DNA of 64,000 bases from an uncultured delta proteobacterium (GTDB lineage Bacteria > Desulfobacterota > Syntrophia > Syntrophales > Smithellaceae). The DNA lies in contig CAVSRI010000002.1 of assembly GCA_963730275.1 (NCBI GenBank), positions 25,704-89,703 on the forward strand, written 5' to 3'. This document shows, in pieces, positions 21,100-30,865 of the stretch. The notes beneath the pieces are model-generated. The model made no database searches. It had not been told where the DNA came from and worked only from the letters and a program-made list of their open reading frames with translations. A program made the position numbers and the translations under genes. The number at the start of each line of letters is the position of its first letter. The stretch's first letter is position 1.

Positions 21100-21145
21100 T
21101 TAATGTTAATTCAAAAAACTGTAATTTAAATTATAATGATTTTTG

Positions 21146-21222
21146 GGGGTCGTAGTTAAGTTGGTTATAACGCCGGCCTGTCACGCCGGAGGGCGTGGGT
21201 TCAAGTCCCATCGGCCCCGCCA
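21146..21222 (+). tRNA. tRNA-Asp(GTC)
   Basis: Anticodon arm CCGGC-CTGTCAC-GCCGG; CCA end. Confidence 0.97.
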
Positions 21223-21230
21223 GAAAATCA

Positions 21231-21264
21231 AAGGGAGTCAGCTGTTATAGCGACTCCCTTTTTT
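21231..21264 (+). terminator. Rho-independent terminator after tRNA-Asp
   Basis: AAGGGAGTC...GACTCCCTT stem followed by T run. Confidence 0.85.
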
Positions 21265-21407
21265 CGTGAGACTCAAATTTCAAAAACAAGGTGTATTGAA
21301 ATTTGTAAGTCGAACAATCCCGCTGAAGGCGGAGGGGATGATAGCCTCATTTCTTGGAAGGAATTTGGGTAGAGCAGTTGACTTAGGCTTCATACCCGTG
21401 ATTTGTC
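21262..21407 (+). repeat. Dispersed structured non-coding repeat, copy 1
   Basis: AGACT-hairpin-TAAGTCGAACAATCCCGC..GCGGAGGGGAT...ATACCCGTG shared with copies at 54776 and 62524. Confidence 0.85.
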
Positions 21408-21502
21408 CAATTACTTGCTTTTTAGATGTTGTTCATATAAAGTTCTAAACAAATTATTAACTTCCATAAAAAATGGGATAGACACGGAGAAAAGAATCAA
21501 TC

Positions 21503-22375
21503 ATGGATTACGAAGGATTAATAATAAGGCCGCCCAGTGAAGCTTACAGCCTGCTTGTGCAGGTGACGGTCGGCTGTTCTCATAACAAATGCACATTTTG
21601 CGGGACATACCGTCAAAAAAAATTCAAGATAAAACCCATAGAGCAAATTGAGAAGGATTTACGGGAAGCCAGAAATTTCAAAAATGTGAAAAAAGTGTTT
21701 TTGTGCGATGGGGATGCCCTGATTATACCGCAGCCGCGTCTGGAAGAGATGCTCAAGCTAATTAATGACAACCTGCCGAATATTGAACGCATCGGAACAT
21801 ATGCCAATGCTAAAAGCATTTTAAAAAAATCCGTTGATGAGCTTAAAAGACTAAAAGAAATGGGTCTGAAAATAATTTATTTGGGTGTAGAAACTGGAAA
21901 TGTTGAATTACTACAAAAAATACATAAGGGTGTAACTTACGAACAAATGGTCACGGCAGCGCACCGGGTAAAAGAAGCGAGCATAGCACTCTCTGTTACG
22001 GTACTATTAGGAATAGGCGGGATAGAGAAGAGCGTTGAACACGCGCTGGATACTGCCCGTATTTTGAGCGATATCGATCCGGATTATGTGGGCGCGCTTA
22101 CTTTGATGCTCGTCCCGCATACTCCATTATACGAGGATTACATGGCTGGCCGCTTTATTTTACCGGATAAATTTGGTTATATTCGCGAGCTTTATTTGAT
22201 CATTTCCCATTCCAATTTTACAAATTGCTATTTCACATCCAATCATGCTTCTAACTATTTGCCGATAAAGGCTTATTTGCCCCGGGAGAAAGAGAAAATT
22301 TTGAAAATAATCGGTTCAGTTATAGAAGAAAAAAATGTAAGCCGGATAAGACCGGAATACTTGCGCGGTTTATAA
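21503..22375 (+). CDS. Radical SAM protein
   Basis: CSHNKCTFC (CxxxCxxC); IRPPSEA start, NHASNY. Confidence 0.92.
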   Translation: MDYEGLIIRPPSEAYSLLVQVTVGCSHNKCTFCGTYRQKKFKIKPIEQIEKDLREARNFKNVKKVFLCDGDALIIPQPRLEEMLKLINDNLPNIERIGTYANAKSILKKSVDELKRLKEMGLKIIYLGVETGNVELLQKIHKGVTYEQMVTAAHRVKEASIALSVTVLLGIGGIEKSVEHALDTARILSDIDPDYVGALTLMLVPHTPLYEDYMAGRFILPDKFGYIRELYLIISHSNFTNCYFTSNHASNYLPIKAYLPREKEKILKIIGSVIEEKNVSRIRPEYLRGL

Positions 22376-22398
22376 TTTAAGGAGAAATATTTTTAAAT

Positions 22399-23223
22399 AT
22401 GACGCGAATATTCTCTAAACTTTTTTTCTGGCGCAATTCAAAATCTATCAAAAGGGAAATTGAAGCAGTATTGTCCAAAGCGCAAAAAAGTGGCTTGGTG
22501 GATTCTTCATCCCGGGAAATAATCGAAAATATTTTAGAGTTTACGCATATTTTAGTTCGCGAGCTAATGATTCCGCGAACGGAGATCGTCGCTGTGAGCA
22601 CAGAGGCGACGACTGAGGAAATTATAAAGGAAGCAATCGAATCGCGGCATACCCGTATACCTGTTTACCGCGGAACAATCGATAACATTATTGGCATCCT
22701 GAATGTCAAAGATTTGCTTAAATTCTGGTCAAAAGAAATCACGAAAGAAGATATATTAACTCAACTAACCAAACCATATTATATTCCGGAAACAAAAAAC
22801 ACCCATCTGTTGTTTTATGAATTCAAAGAAAATAAAAAACATATAGCCATTGTCATTGATGAATACGGAGGAACATCAGGTCTGGTCACTCTGGAAGACC
22901 TGCTGGAAGAAATTGTCGGCGAAATTCGTGACGAACATGAAGTGAATACCGACACGAATGTAACTTTTCAATCAGCGGATGGTTCCCTTATAGTCGAGGG
23001 ACGAACGGAAATTGAAAAAATTGAAGAATATTTGAATATTAGTCTGGAAAAAGGAAGATATGAAACTCTCGGCGGCATGATCCTAAACGCGACCAGAAGA
23101 ATTCCTCTGATTGGCGAAACATATCAAATAAAGGGACTGGAAATTACAATCGAAAATGCCGACGAACGCAGCATCAAAAAAGTAAAAATCAGAAAACTTC
23201 AGACCGCTAGCAAAAATGAATAA
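22399..23223 (+). CDS. CBS/CorC (hemolysin family) magnesium/cobalt efflux protein
   Basis: [36 protein letters not shown]; adjacent to lnt. Confidence 0.92.
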   Translation: MTRIFSKLFFWRNSKSIKREIEAVLSKAQKSGLVDSSSREIIENILEFTHILVRELMIPRTEIVAVSTEATTEEIIKEAIESRHTRIPVYRGTIDNIIGILNVKDLLKFWSKEITKEDILTQLTKPYYIPETKNTHLLFYEFKENKKHIAIVIDEYGGTSGLVTLEDLLEEIVGEIRDEHEVNTDTNVTFQSADGSLIVEGRTEIEKIEEYLNISLEKGRYETLGGMILNATRRIPLIGETYQIKGLEITIENADERSIKKVKIRKLQTASKNE

Positions 23224-24811
23224 CAAAAACATATCCGTGAAAAAAATCAATTTCAGTTTTTGTAAAGAATTATTGGAAAATAAAATTATTTTAGCCGTAC
23301 TGAGCGGGCTGCTTATATTTTTATCTTTTCCCAAGTATGGCTTTGGCTTAATAGCATGGGTTTCTTTTATTCCTCTTTTTTTTGCATTACGTAAGATCAC
23401 TTCACCCAGGCAGGGGTTAGTTTTGGGTTTTCTCACCGGGATTGTAGGCTATATAGGGATAATATATTGGATTACTTATGTAGTTGTAAATTATGGTTAT
23501 TTGCCTATATTTCTGGGCGTTATTTTGATGTTGCTCTTAAGTTGCTATTTAAGCATCTACACTGCGCTATTTGCAGCAGGTATCGTTTTCTTTCGGGGAA
23601 AGATTCTTTTTTTATTGGCGCCGGCTCTGTGGGTTGTCCTGGAATATTGTAAGTCCAATCTTTTAACAGGATTTCCCTGGGAGAATCTTGGCTACTCCCA
23701 GTATTTGAATTTCTATCTTATTCAATTTGCCGATGTTTCAGGCGTCTTAGGGTTGTCTTTTTTGGTCGTTATGGTTAATGCATCTTTGTTTGATGTGATG
23801 GTGAAAAGATCAAAGAAGGCGATTATAGCGGCTGCGGTGGCCTTTTTAATTTTAGGCAGCGTTTTTATTTACGGTGTTATTAGAGTGAGTCAGGTGGAAA
23901 AAGCGATGGATAATGCTAAGGGCATGGAAGTTGCGTTGATTCAGGGCAATATCGATCAATCGATAAAATGGAACGAAAATTTTCAAAAAGAAGCATTAAA
24001 TATATACGAAAATCTTTCTTTGCAAAATCCTCCGGCAGAGGGGGGATTGTTGATCTGGCCGGAAACGGCTCTTCCATTTAATTTTCTCAATGCGAATGAT
24101 TTGCAAAAACAAGTAAAAGATTTAGCAGTCCAGACGAAAAGCTGGTTTATATTCGGTGCGGTAAGTTATTTGCCGATAAGAGGGCAGGGAGATTTTTATA
24201 ATAGCGCCTACATATTGTCTCCTGATGGAGAAAACAAAGGGAGATATGATAAAGTTCACTTGGTTCCCTATGGTGAATATGTCCCTCTAAGAAATATTGT
24301 GCCGTTTATTAAAGGGCTTACTGCCGGGATTGGTGATTTTACGGCCGGAGCTGGATTCTATCCCGTGCTCCTGGATGATCGAAAAATCGGAATTTTGATC
24401 TGTTACGAAGGGATTTTGCCTGATGCCGCGAGAAGGTATAAGAAAGAATCAGCCCAGTTATTGGTGAACATTACCAATGATGCCTGGTTTGGCACAACTT
24501 CAGCGCCTTTTCAGCACTTTTCTATGTCTTTGTTTCGCGCTGTGGAAACCCGGTTATATTTAGTTCGAGCCGCCAATACAGGAGTTTCCGGAATTTTTGA
24601 TCCGCGAGGGAAAATCATTGCGCAAACAAAAATATTTCAAAGAGAAGCTTTGAAAGGAAATATAAAATTTGTAAATATACCGACTTTTTATACCCAATAC
24701 GGCGATATATTGGTAGTTATTTGTTTCGTGTTAATTATGCTTTATTTTTTAGTGAGCTGGAAAGGGAGGGTAAAAAATGACAATCGAAAACATACAAGAA
24801 ACAGTAAATGA
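23216..24811 (+). CDS. lnt: Apolipoprotein N-acyltransferase
   Basis: GFPW, IQGNI, WPETA, KVHLVPYGEY, ICYE, NDAWFG, RAANTG. Confidence 0.97.
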   Translation: MNNKNISVKKINFSFCKELLENKIILAVLSGLLIFLSFPKYGFGLIAWVSFIPLFFALRKITSPRQGLVLGFLTGIVGYIGIIYWITYVVVNYGYLPIFLGVILMLLLSCYLSIYTALFAAGIVFFRGKILFLLAPALWVVLEYCKSNLLTGFPWENLGYSQYLNFYLIQFADVSGVLGLSFLVVMVNASLFDVMVKRSKKAIIAAAVAFLILGSVFIYGVIRVSQVEKAMDNAKGMEVALIQGNIDQSIKWNENFQKEALNIYENLSLQNPPAEGGLLIWPETALPFNFLNANDLQKQVKDLAVQTKSWFIFGAVSYLPIRGQGDFYNSAYILSPDGENKGRYDKVHLVPYGEYVPLRNIVPFIKGLTAGIGDFTAGAGFYPVLLDDRKIGILICYEGILPDAARRYKKESAQLLVNITNDAWFGTTSAPFQHFSMSLFRAVETRLYLVRAANTGVSGIFDPRGKIIAQTKIFQREALKGNIKFVNIPTFYTQYGDILVVICFVLIMLYFLVSWKGRVKNDNRKHTRNSK

Positions 24812-25902
24812 TTTGAAAAAAAGAATCAAATATACCGGAGAGTGCCTTTGACGTACCGGAGCTGGAACTAAAAATAAAAGATTTGGAAATATTATCTTTA
24901 AAGAAAGAATTCTGGGATAATCAAAGTAATGCCCGAGAAATACTCCAAAAAAAGACGAGAATGACAGAATCTCTGGATAAGTGGAAAAAATTTAATGAGG
25001 AAATAAGAGATATAGAACATCTTTGGACAATCGCTCTGCAAGAAAAAGATGAACAAGTCCTGCAAGATTTGTCTCTGGAATTGGATCGTTTAAATTCCGC
25101 TGTTGGTCAAGAAGAAATAAGAATAATGCTGGCCAGTGAACAAGATCCCATGGACGCAATTGTTTCTATCCATGCCGGAGCGGGAGGAACGGAAGCACAG
25201 GATTGGACGGAAATGTTATTGCGCATGTATTTGCGCTGGGCTGAAAAGAAAGGATTCGCCGCCAAAATAATCGATAGCCAGCCTGGAGACGAGGCCGGTA
25301 TTAAAAGCGTGTCTTTCACGTTGGAAGGTAAGTACGCTTATGGTTATACGAAAGCGGAAATTGGCATTCATCGTCTAGTTAGAATTTCTCCTTTTGACGC
25401 CGGTGCCCGGCGTCATACTTCGTTTGCTTCCGTTTTTGTTTATCCGGAAGTTGACGATGATATTAAGATTGAAATCGATGAAAAAGATTTACGCATAGAT
25501 ACCTTCCGTGCCGGTGGAAAAGGTGGGCAACACGTAAATAAAACAGATTCAGCGGTAAGAATCACCCATTTACCGACGAATATAGTTGTGCAATGTCAGA
25601 ACGAACGATCCCAGCACAAAAACAAAGCGATGGCTATGAAATACCTGAAATCAAGGCTCTACGAGAGGGAATTGCAATTGAAAAATGAAAAGATCAACGA
25701 AGAAAATAAATTGAAGAAGGATATTGCCTGGGGCAGCCAAATCCGGTCTTACATCCTGCATCCGTACAAAATGGTTAAAGATCACCGGACGAATTTAGAA
25801 ATTGGCGATGCCAATAGGGTTCTCGATGGAGATATAGATGAATTTATAAAATCTTATCTCATGGCCACGACAGGCAACCCATTAAATCGTATTTTAGCAT
25901 AA
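24777..25902 (+). CDS. prfB: Peptide chain release factor 2 (programmed +1 frameshift at CTT TGA C, 24846-24852)
   Basis: 24-codon upstream ORF from ATG 24777 ends CTT-TGA-C with internal GGAGAG SD; +1 frame carries SPF and GGQ motifs. Confidence 0.97.
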
Positions 25903-26049
25903 ATGACTAAATAAGAAAATTTGTGTAAAATGTAATTAGTTTTTGAGGAAAAAACAAAAATATTTTACATTAAGAAGCAAAATAAATATGGCCGCATTTA
26001 TGCGAGCCGAAGTATTCCGCTGGATTTATGAAAAATTATTAAGGAGTTT

Positions 26050-27972
26050 TTGTCCATGGTAAAAACTATAAGTCGTTTAGTCGTTTGCGCTTTTTCATGC
26101 TGTTTAATTTTAAACTTTTCTGCGTGTATGTCTCAGATTGCAGTTGATAAAAATACCTCCGCGAAAACAATTTCACCAAATTTAAGTCAAGCATCAAATA
26201 GATCAAGTGAGCACTCCGATATAGACATTCAGGATCAGGAACAAAAAGAAAAACCGGATACGAAGTTATCATATAATACATTTTCTGATGCCGGGCAAAC
26301 GCAAAAAAACAGGCCAACGGCAGAAGATGAGCAAGATATTATGGAAAAGTCGCTGGATTTACTGGAAGTCGCCGATAATTACTGGGAAAAAGGTGATGTA
26401 GAAAATACAATAAATACATTGGATAAAGCTTATGCATTAATTCTTGATGCTGACGGAGATGTGGCTATATCTCGGCAAAAAGATGATTTGCGATTATTAA
26501 TATCTAAGCGCCTGCTGTCTGTATACTCCGCCAAGCAAACTGCTACGCATGGCAAAGCCAGCGAAATACCGTTAACAATGAATGAGGCAGTAGAAAAGGA
26601 AATTCATTGTTTTCAAACTGTGGAACGCGATTTTTTTATTGCCGCGTATCAGCGCTCCGGGATGTACCGTCCTGCCATAATTACGGAATTAAAAAAAGCG
26701 AGAATTCCGGAAGAGCTTTCTTGGCTTCCCTTTGTGGAAAGCGGTTTCAAGATTAAAGCTCTTTCCCGCGCCCGCGCACTTGGTTTGTGGCAATTTATTC
26801 CATCAACCGGTTATAAGTACGGATTAAGCCGTGATGAATGGATAGATGAACGTATGGATGTGGAAAAATCTACTCAGGCGGCAATTGCTTATCTAAAAGA
26901 ATTACACGACATGTTTGGAGATTGGCTTACCGCGTTAGCCGCATATAATTGTGGAGAGGGAAAAGTGCTCAGGGTCATATCATTGCAACACATTAACTAC
27001 TTCGATCGTTTTTGGGATCTGTACAATCTATTACCGCGAGAAACATCCCGCTATGTCCCACGATTTTTAGCAACGTTACATATACTCAAAAACCCACAGA
27101 AGTATGGATTTAACTTAGGTGATGCTGAGAAGCCAATTGCAGTGGAGACAGTCAAAGTCAATAAAATAATGAAGCTGGAAGATATTGCGTCGAGAATCGA
27201 AATGTCGGATGAAAAATTACACTTAATTAATCCGGACTTGAGATACAAAATAACCCCGGATAGAGAATATGACTTGAAGATTCCCAAGGAATCTCTAGCC
27301 AAGTTCAATTCCGTGGTTAGTGAAATACCCGAAAGTGAAAAACCGCGATTTCTTCTAGCTAGAACAGTTTTTATCAGACACCGAGTAAAGAGCGGCGAAT
27401 CGGTTAGTTCTATTGCCGGTAAATATGGAGTTTCTGTATCCAGAATAATATCTTATAACAGGTTAAATTCTCAAAAAGCATTAATTGCCGGGAAGCGTTT
27501 AACGATTCCTATAATTAAAGAAAAGCGTTACGCCAAAGGCAAATCAAAACAAAAAAATGATAAGATACAAATATCTTCAGGACAATATAAAGTTAGAAAA
27601 GGAGACACCCTCCAGATAATTGCGCAGCGTTCCGGTACTACCCAAGCGCAAATTAAAGAATTAAACAACTTAAAAAGGGATACAATACGTACAGGTCAAT
27701 CACTAAAAGTATCTCCGAATGAAAACATTGTCAATTCAGCAGAAAAAAAGGATAGTGCAACAAAGACAGCGCAGAAATCAAAGATATCAAATAAAATATT
27801 GTCGGCGGCTGATGTAGAGAAATTAGGAACAAACAAGTATATTGTTACTAAGGGTGATAATTTATACAGCATCTCCAAGAAAAATAATACCAACGTTGCT
27901 AAGCTAAAGGAATTAAATAATCTTTCCGAAGATGAAAAAATTATCCCCGGACAGATTTTAGTTGTTAAATAG
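26050..27972 (+). CDS. Lytic murein transglycosylase MltD-like with LysM repeats
   Basis: VES, GLWQFI, AAYNCG and ETSRYV SLT motifs; C-terminal LysM domains. Confidence 0.92.
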   Translation: MSMVKTISRLVVCAFSCCLILNFSACMSQIAVDKNTSAKTISPNLSQASNRSSEHSDIDIQDQEQKEKPDTKLSYNTFSDAGQTQKNRPTAEDEQDIMEKSLDLLEVADNYWEKGDVENTINTLDKAYALILDADGDVAISRQKDDLRLLISKRLLSVYSAKQTATHGKASEIPLTMNEAVEKEIHCFQTVERDFFIAAYQRSGMYRPAIITELKKARIPEELSWLPFVESGFKIKALSRARALGLWQFIPSTGYKYGLSRDEWIDERMDVEKSTQAAIAYLKELHDMFGDWLTALAAYNCGEGKVLRVISLQHINYFDRFWDLYNLLPRETSRYVPRFLATLHILKNPQKYGFNLGDAEKPIAVETVKVNKIMKLEDIASRIEMSDEKLHLINPDLRYKITPDREYDLKIPKESLAKFNSVVSEIPESEKPRFLLARTVFIRHRVKSGESVSSIAGKYGVSVSRIISYNRLNSQKALIAGKRLTIPIIKEKRYAKGKSKQKNDKIQISSGQYKVRKGDTLQIIAQRSGTTQAQIKELNNLKRDTIRTGQSLKVSPNENIVNSAEKKDSATKTAQKSKISNKILSAADVEKLGTNKYIVTKGDNLYSISKKNNTNVAKLKELNNLSEDEKIIPGQILVVK

Positions 27973-28043
27973 ATAAATCAAAGAGGACATTCAGGGGAAA
28001 AATACGGAAGCTTTGATGATCGCTTGCTCCCCAATTTATTTCC

Positions 28044-28073
28044 TTGACAAAAATTATTAAATATTGTTAATAT
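28044..28073 (+). promoter_or_regulatory. Promoter of panCD
   Basis: TTGACA-18 nt-TAATAT with TG extension. Confidence 0.55.
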
Positions 28074-28080
28074 TTATTCA

Positions 28081-28170
28081 CGCTTGGATCCGCAAGGACC
28101 GGGACGGAAGGGAAGAAGAATCAAAAAGACTATTATAAAGCCTCTCGTCTTGCGACGGGGGGCTTTTTTT
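28081..28170 (+). promoter_or_regulatory. panC leader with intrinsic terminator (attenuator; pan RNA motif candidate)
   Basis: GCCTCTCGTC-TTGC-GACGGGGGGC-T7 terminator 10 nt before the panC ATG; upstream GGGACGG could compete for the 5' arm. Confidence 0.65.
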
Positions 28171-28179
28171 AATGTAAAA

Positions 28180-29043
28180 ATGAAAACAAAAATTATCAAC
28201 TCAATAAAGGAAATGCAATCTTATTCGGAAGCCCTAAGGCTTAAAGGTAAACGATTAGCATTTGTTCCAACTATGGGCTATTTTCATGAAGGGCATCTTA
28301 ATCTTATGAGAGAAGCCAAAAAAATGGCCGATTATTTAATCGTCAGCATCTATGTCAATCCCACGCAATTTGGACCCAAAGAAGATTTATCTAGATATCC
28401 GCGTGATTTTGACCGCGACCTAAGAATGGCGGAAAGTGTCAATGTTGATGTAATTTTTTATCCCGTAGATAAAGAAATGTACCCGGAAAATTATCAGACA
28501 TATGTAAATGTGGAAGAAGTGACCAAAAATTTATGCGGTTTATCTCGTCCCGGCCATTTTCGGGGTGTCACAACGATATGCGCCAAACTCTTTAATATTG
28601 TTAAACCGCATGTCGCCGTTTTTGGGAGAAAAGATTTTCAGCAATTTATAGCTATAAAACGAATGGTTGCTGATCTAAATTTTGATCTGCAAATACTCGG
28701 ATTGCCTACTGTGCGTGAGATTGATGGGTTAGCCATGAGCTCGCGCAATGTTTATTTGAAAGAAAACGAGAAGCCCTCGGCCTTAACGTTGGTTGCTTCC
28801 CTTAAATTAGCGCAAAAACTCTATGATGGCGGAGAAAGAAATGCTTCCGTTATAATAAATAAAGCGAAAAAATTAATTATCAATGCTCCCTATACCGATA
28901 TCGATTATATGAAAATATGTGATACGAAAACACTTGCCGATATTGATGAACTTGCCGGTGAAGCGGTTATAGCATTGGCCGTAAAAGTGGGGAAAACGAG
29001 ACTTATAGATAATCACGTTTTTGGTGAAAAGTTACATTCATAA
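28180..29043 (+). CDS. panC: Pantoate-beta-alanine ligase
   Basis: VPTMG.HEGH, VNPTQF, RPGHF, DGLAMSSRN, RLIDN; start moved to ATG 28180. Confidence 0.97.
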   Translation: MKTKIINSIKEMQSYSEALRLKGKRLAFVPTMGYFHEGHLNLMREAKKMADYLIVSIYVNPTQFGPKEDLSRYPRDFDRDLRMAESVNVDVIFYPVDKEMYPENYQTYVNVEEVTKNLCGLSRPGHFRGVTTICAKLFNIVKPHVAVFGRKDFQQFIAIKRMVADLNFDLQILGLPTVREIDGLAMSSRNVYLKENEKPSALTLVASLKLAQKLYDGGERNASVIINKAKKLIINAPYTDIDYMKICDTKTLADIDELAGEAVIALAVKVGKTRLIDNHVFGEKLHS

Positions 29044-29064
29044 TTTATAGCTTTGAGGAGTAAT

Positions 29065-29427
29065 ATGACCATGCAAAGATTTATGTTAAAATCGAAAATA
29101 CATCGCGCTACGGTGACCGATGCCGACTTGCACTATGAAGGCAGTATTTCTATAGATGAAACGCTTATGGAGGAAGCGCAGATTGTACCTTATGAAAAAG
29201 TGGCAATATACAATATTTCTAACGGGGAAAGGTTTTCCACGTATACGATAAAAGCGAAGCGGAACTCCGGGACAATTTGTCTCAATGGCGCCGCTGCGCG
29301 CAAAGTATCCAAGGGAGATTTAATTATTATTGCAACTTATGTTACTGTCGATGATAAAGACGCGAAGAAATGGCATCCTAAATGTGTTCTGGTTGATGAT
29401 AAAAATAAAATAAAAAAAGTCAGTTAA
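29065..29427 (+). CDS. panD: Aspartate 1-decarboxylase
   Basis: [14 protein letters not shown] self-cleavage site, LNGAAAR; GAGGAG RBS. Confidence 0.97.
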   Translation: MTMQRFMLKSKIHRATVTDADLHYEGSISIDETLMEEAQIVPYEKVAIYNISNGERFSTYTIKAKRNSGTICLNGAAARKVSKGDLIIIATYVTVDDKDAKKWHPKCVLVDDKNKIKKVS

Positions 29428-29639
29428 ATTTAATAGTTGATTATTAAAGATTAACTAATCATTAAGAATATCAATATATTAGCGGTGTAAATATTTCTGG
29501 TATTTTCAGAGATTGTCTTCTTAATATAAAATCTATTATAAATTGAAAAAATCATTTAACTAAAATACATATATATGTTAATTGCTTCTATCGTATTTTG
29601 GCGCTGGCGAAAAAATATATATACAAGGAGCTTTTAAGC

Positions 29640-30824
29640 ATGCAAATTACATCGGAAAGTGTAAAAATAGGTCATCCGGATATAGTGTCTGATTCTATAG
29701 CTTCGAATATTATTGCCTCGATATTGGAAGAAGAGAATAAAATAGGCATGGACATAAACTGCATGCCGCACTGTGGTCTGGAAGTTTTTTTGGGAAAAGG
29801 CCTTTGTGTTGTTGGAGGTGAAGTTTCCACACGAGTTTATATTGATATTGAAAAAACGGTACGCCAAACAGTTCTTGGTATCGGTTATCGTGATTCCGAG
29901 TTGGGTCTTAACGGCAGTTCGATGGGTATACTAAACGCGATCATTCCCCAATCGCCCGATATCAATATTGGGACGAGAGCGGATTTAGGAAAACACAAGG
30001 AAATCGGAGCAGGGGATCAAGGCATTATTTACGGTTTTGCCTGTGACGAAACTCCGGAATTATTGCCGTTAACTTATGTATTGGTCAATAAAATGATGCG
30101 CGCTTTTGAAAATTGCGGCAATCCTATTTTTGCTCCGGATGGAAAAGGGCAGGTCACGGTGGATTATGACGCCGATTGGCGTCCGCAGAGAGTAACCACA
30201 GTACTTATGTCCAACGCCATAGATTACCGCCAGGTGCCGGATAAATTTCGCTCATCGATTGAAGAGCAGGCCCGGCAAATTGCTTTTGATTGTTTAAACG
30301 ATTGGATAGATAATAAGACAAAATTTATTTTTAATCCCACTGGCGAATGGAATGCGGTTAATTCCTGTTCGGCGGCAGATTCCGGTGTGACCGGCCGCAA
30401 ATTAGTTGTGCAGCTCTATGGCGGGTACCCGGGTGCTCAATTGGGCGGCGGCTCCATTGTCAATAAAACACCGGAAAAAGTCGATTGTTCAGCGGCTTTC
30501 GGTGCAAGATATGTGGCTAAAAACATTGTTGGCTCTGGGCTCGCGAAAAAATGTTCTGTACAGCTTGCTTATGCGATCGGAATTGCGCAACCTATCTCCA
30601 TCTATGTCAACACTTTCGGAACTGGCATTATGTTAGATGAAAAAATCGCCGGAGTTGTTAATCAGGTATTTGATTTAACGCCCAAAGGAATGATCGAAAA
30701 GTTTAATTTGCTGAAAGGCGATATATATAAAAAAATTCCCAAGACATTGTTTCTGGACATGAATTATCTTTGGGAAAAAACGGATAAAGTTGACGCTCTG
30801 AAAAAAGCATTGAAAAATAAATAG
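29640..30824 (+). CDS. metK: S-adenosylmethionine synthetase (divergent)
   Basis: TSESV..GHPD, QSPDI, GAGDQG, PDGK, TGRK, QLAYAIG; AAGGAG RBS before ATG 29640. Confidence 0.9.
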   Translation: MQITSESVKIGHPDIVSDSIASNIIASILEEENKIGMDINCMPHCGLEVFLGKGLCVVGGEVSTRVYIDIEKTVRQTVLGIGYRDSELGLNGSSMGILNAIIPQSPDINIGTRADLGKHKEIGAGDQGIIYGFACDETPELLPLTYVLVNKMMRAFENCGNPIFAPDGKGQVTVDYDADWRPQRVTTVLMSNAIDYRQVPDKFRSSIEEQARQIAFDCLNDWIDNKTKFIFNPTGEWNAVNSCSAADSGVTGRKLVVQLYGGYPGAQLGGGSIVNKTPEKVDCSAAFGARYVAKNIVGSGLAKKCSVQLAYAIGIAQPISIYVNTFGTGIMLDEKIAGVVNQVFDLTPKGMIEKFNLLKGDIYKKIPKTLFLDMNYLWEKTDKVDALKKALKNK

Positions 30825-30865
30825 TCGGACAAGAGTAAACGTGGCAAAAATACACTGGAGGAAAG

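Noticed and set aside
24846-24852. prfB as a pseudogene or assembly error
   Set aside because: Canonical CTT-TGA-C programmed frameshift with internal SD
29430-29640. SAM or SAH riboswitch upstream of metK-ahcY
   Set aside because: Very AT-rich region with no recognisable SAM-I or SAH core or terminator
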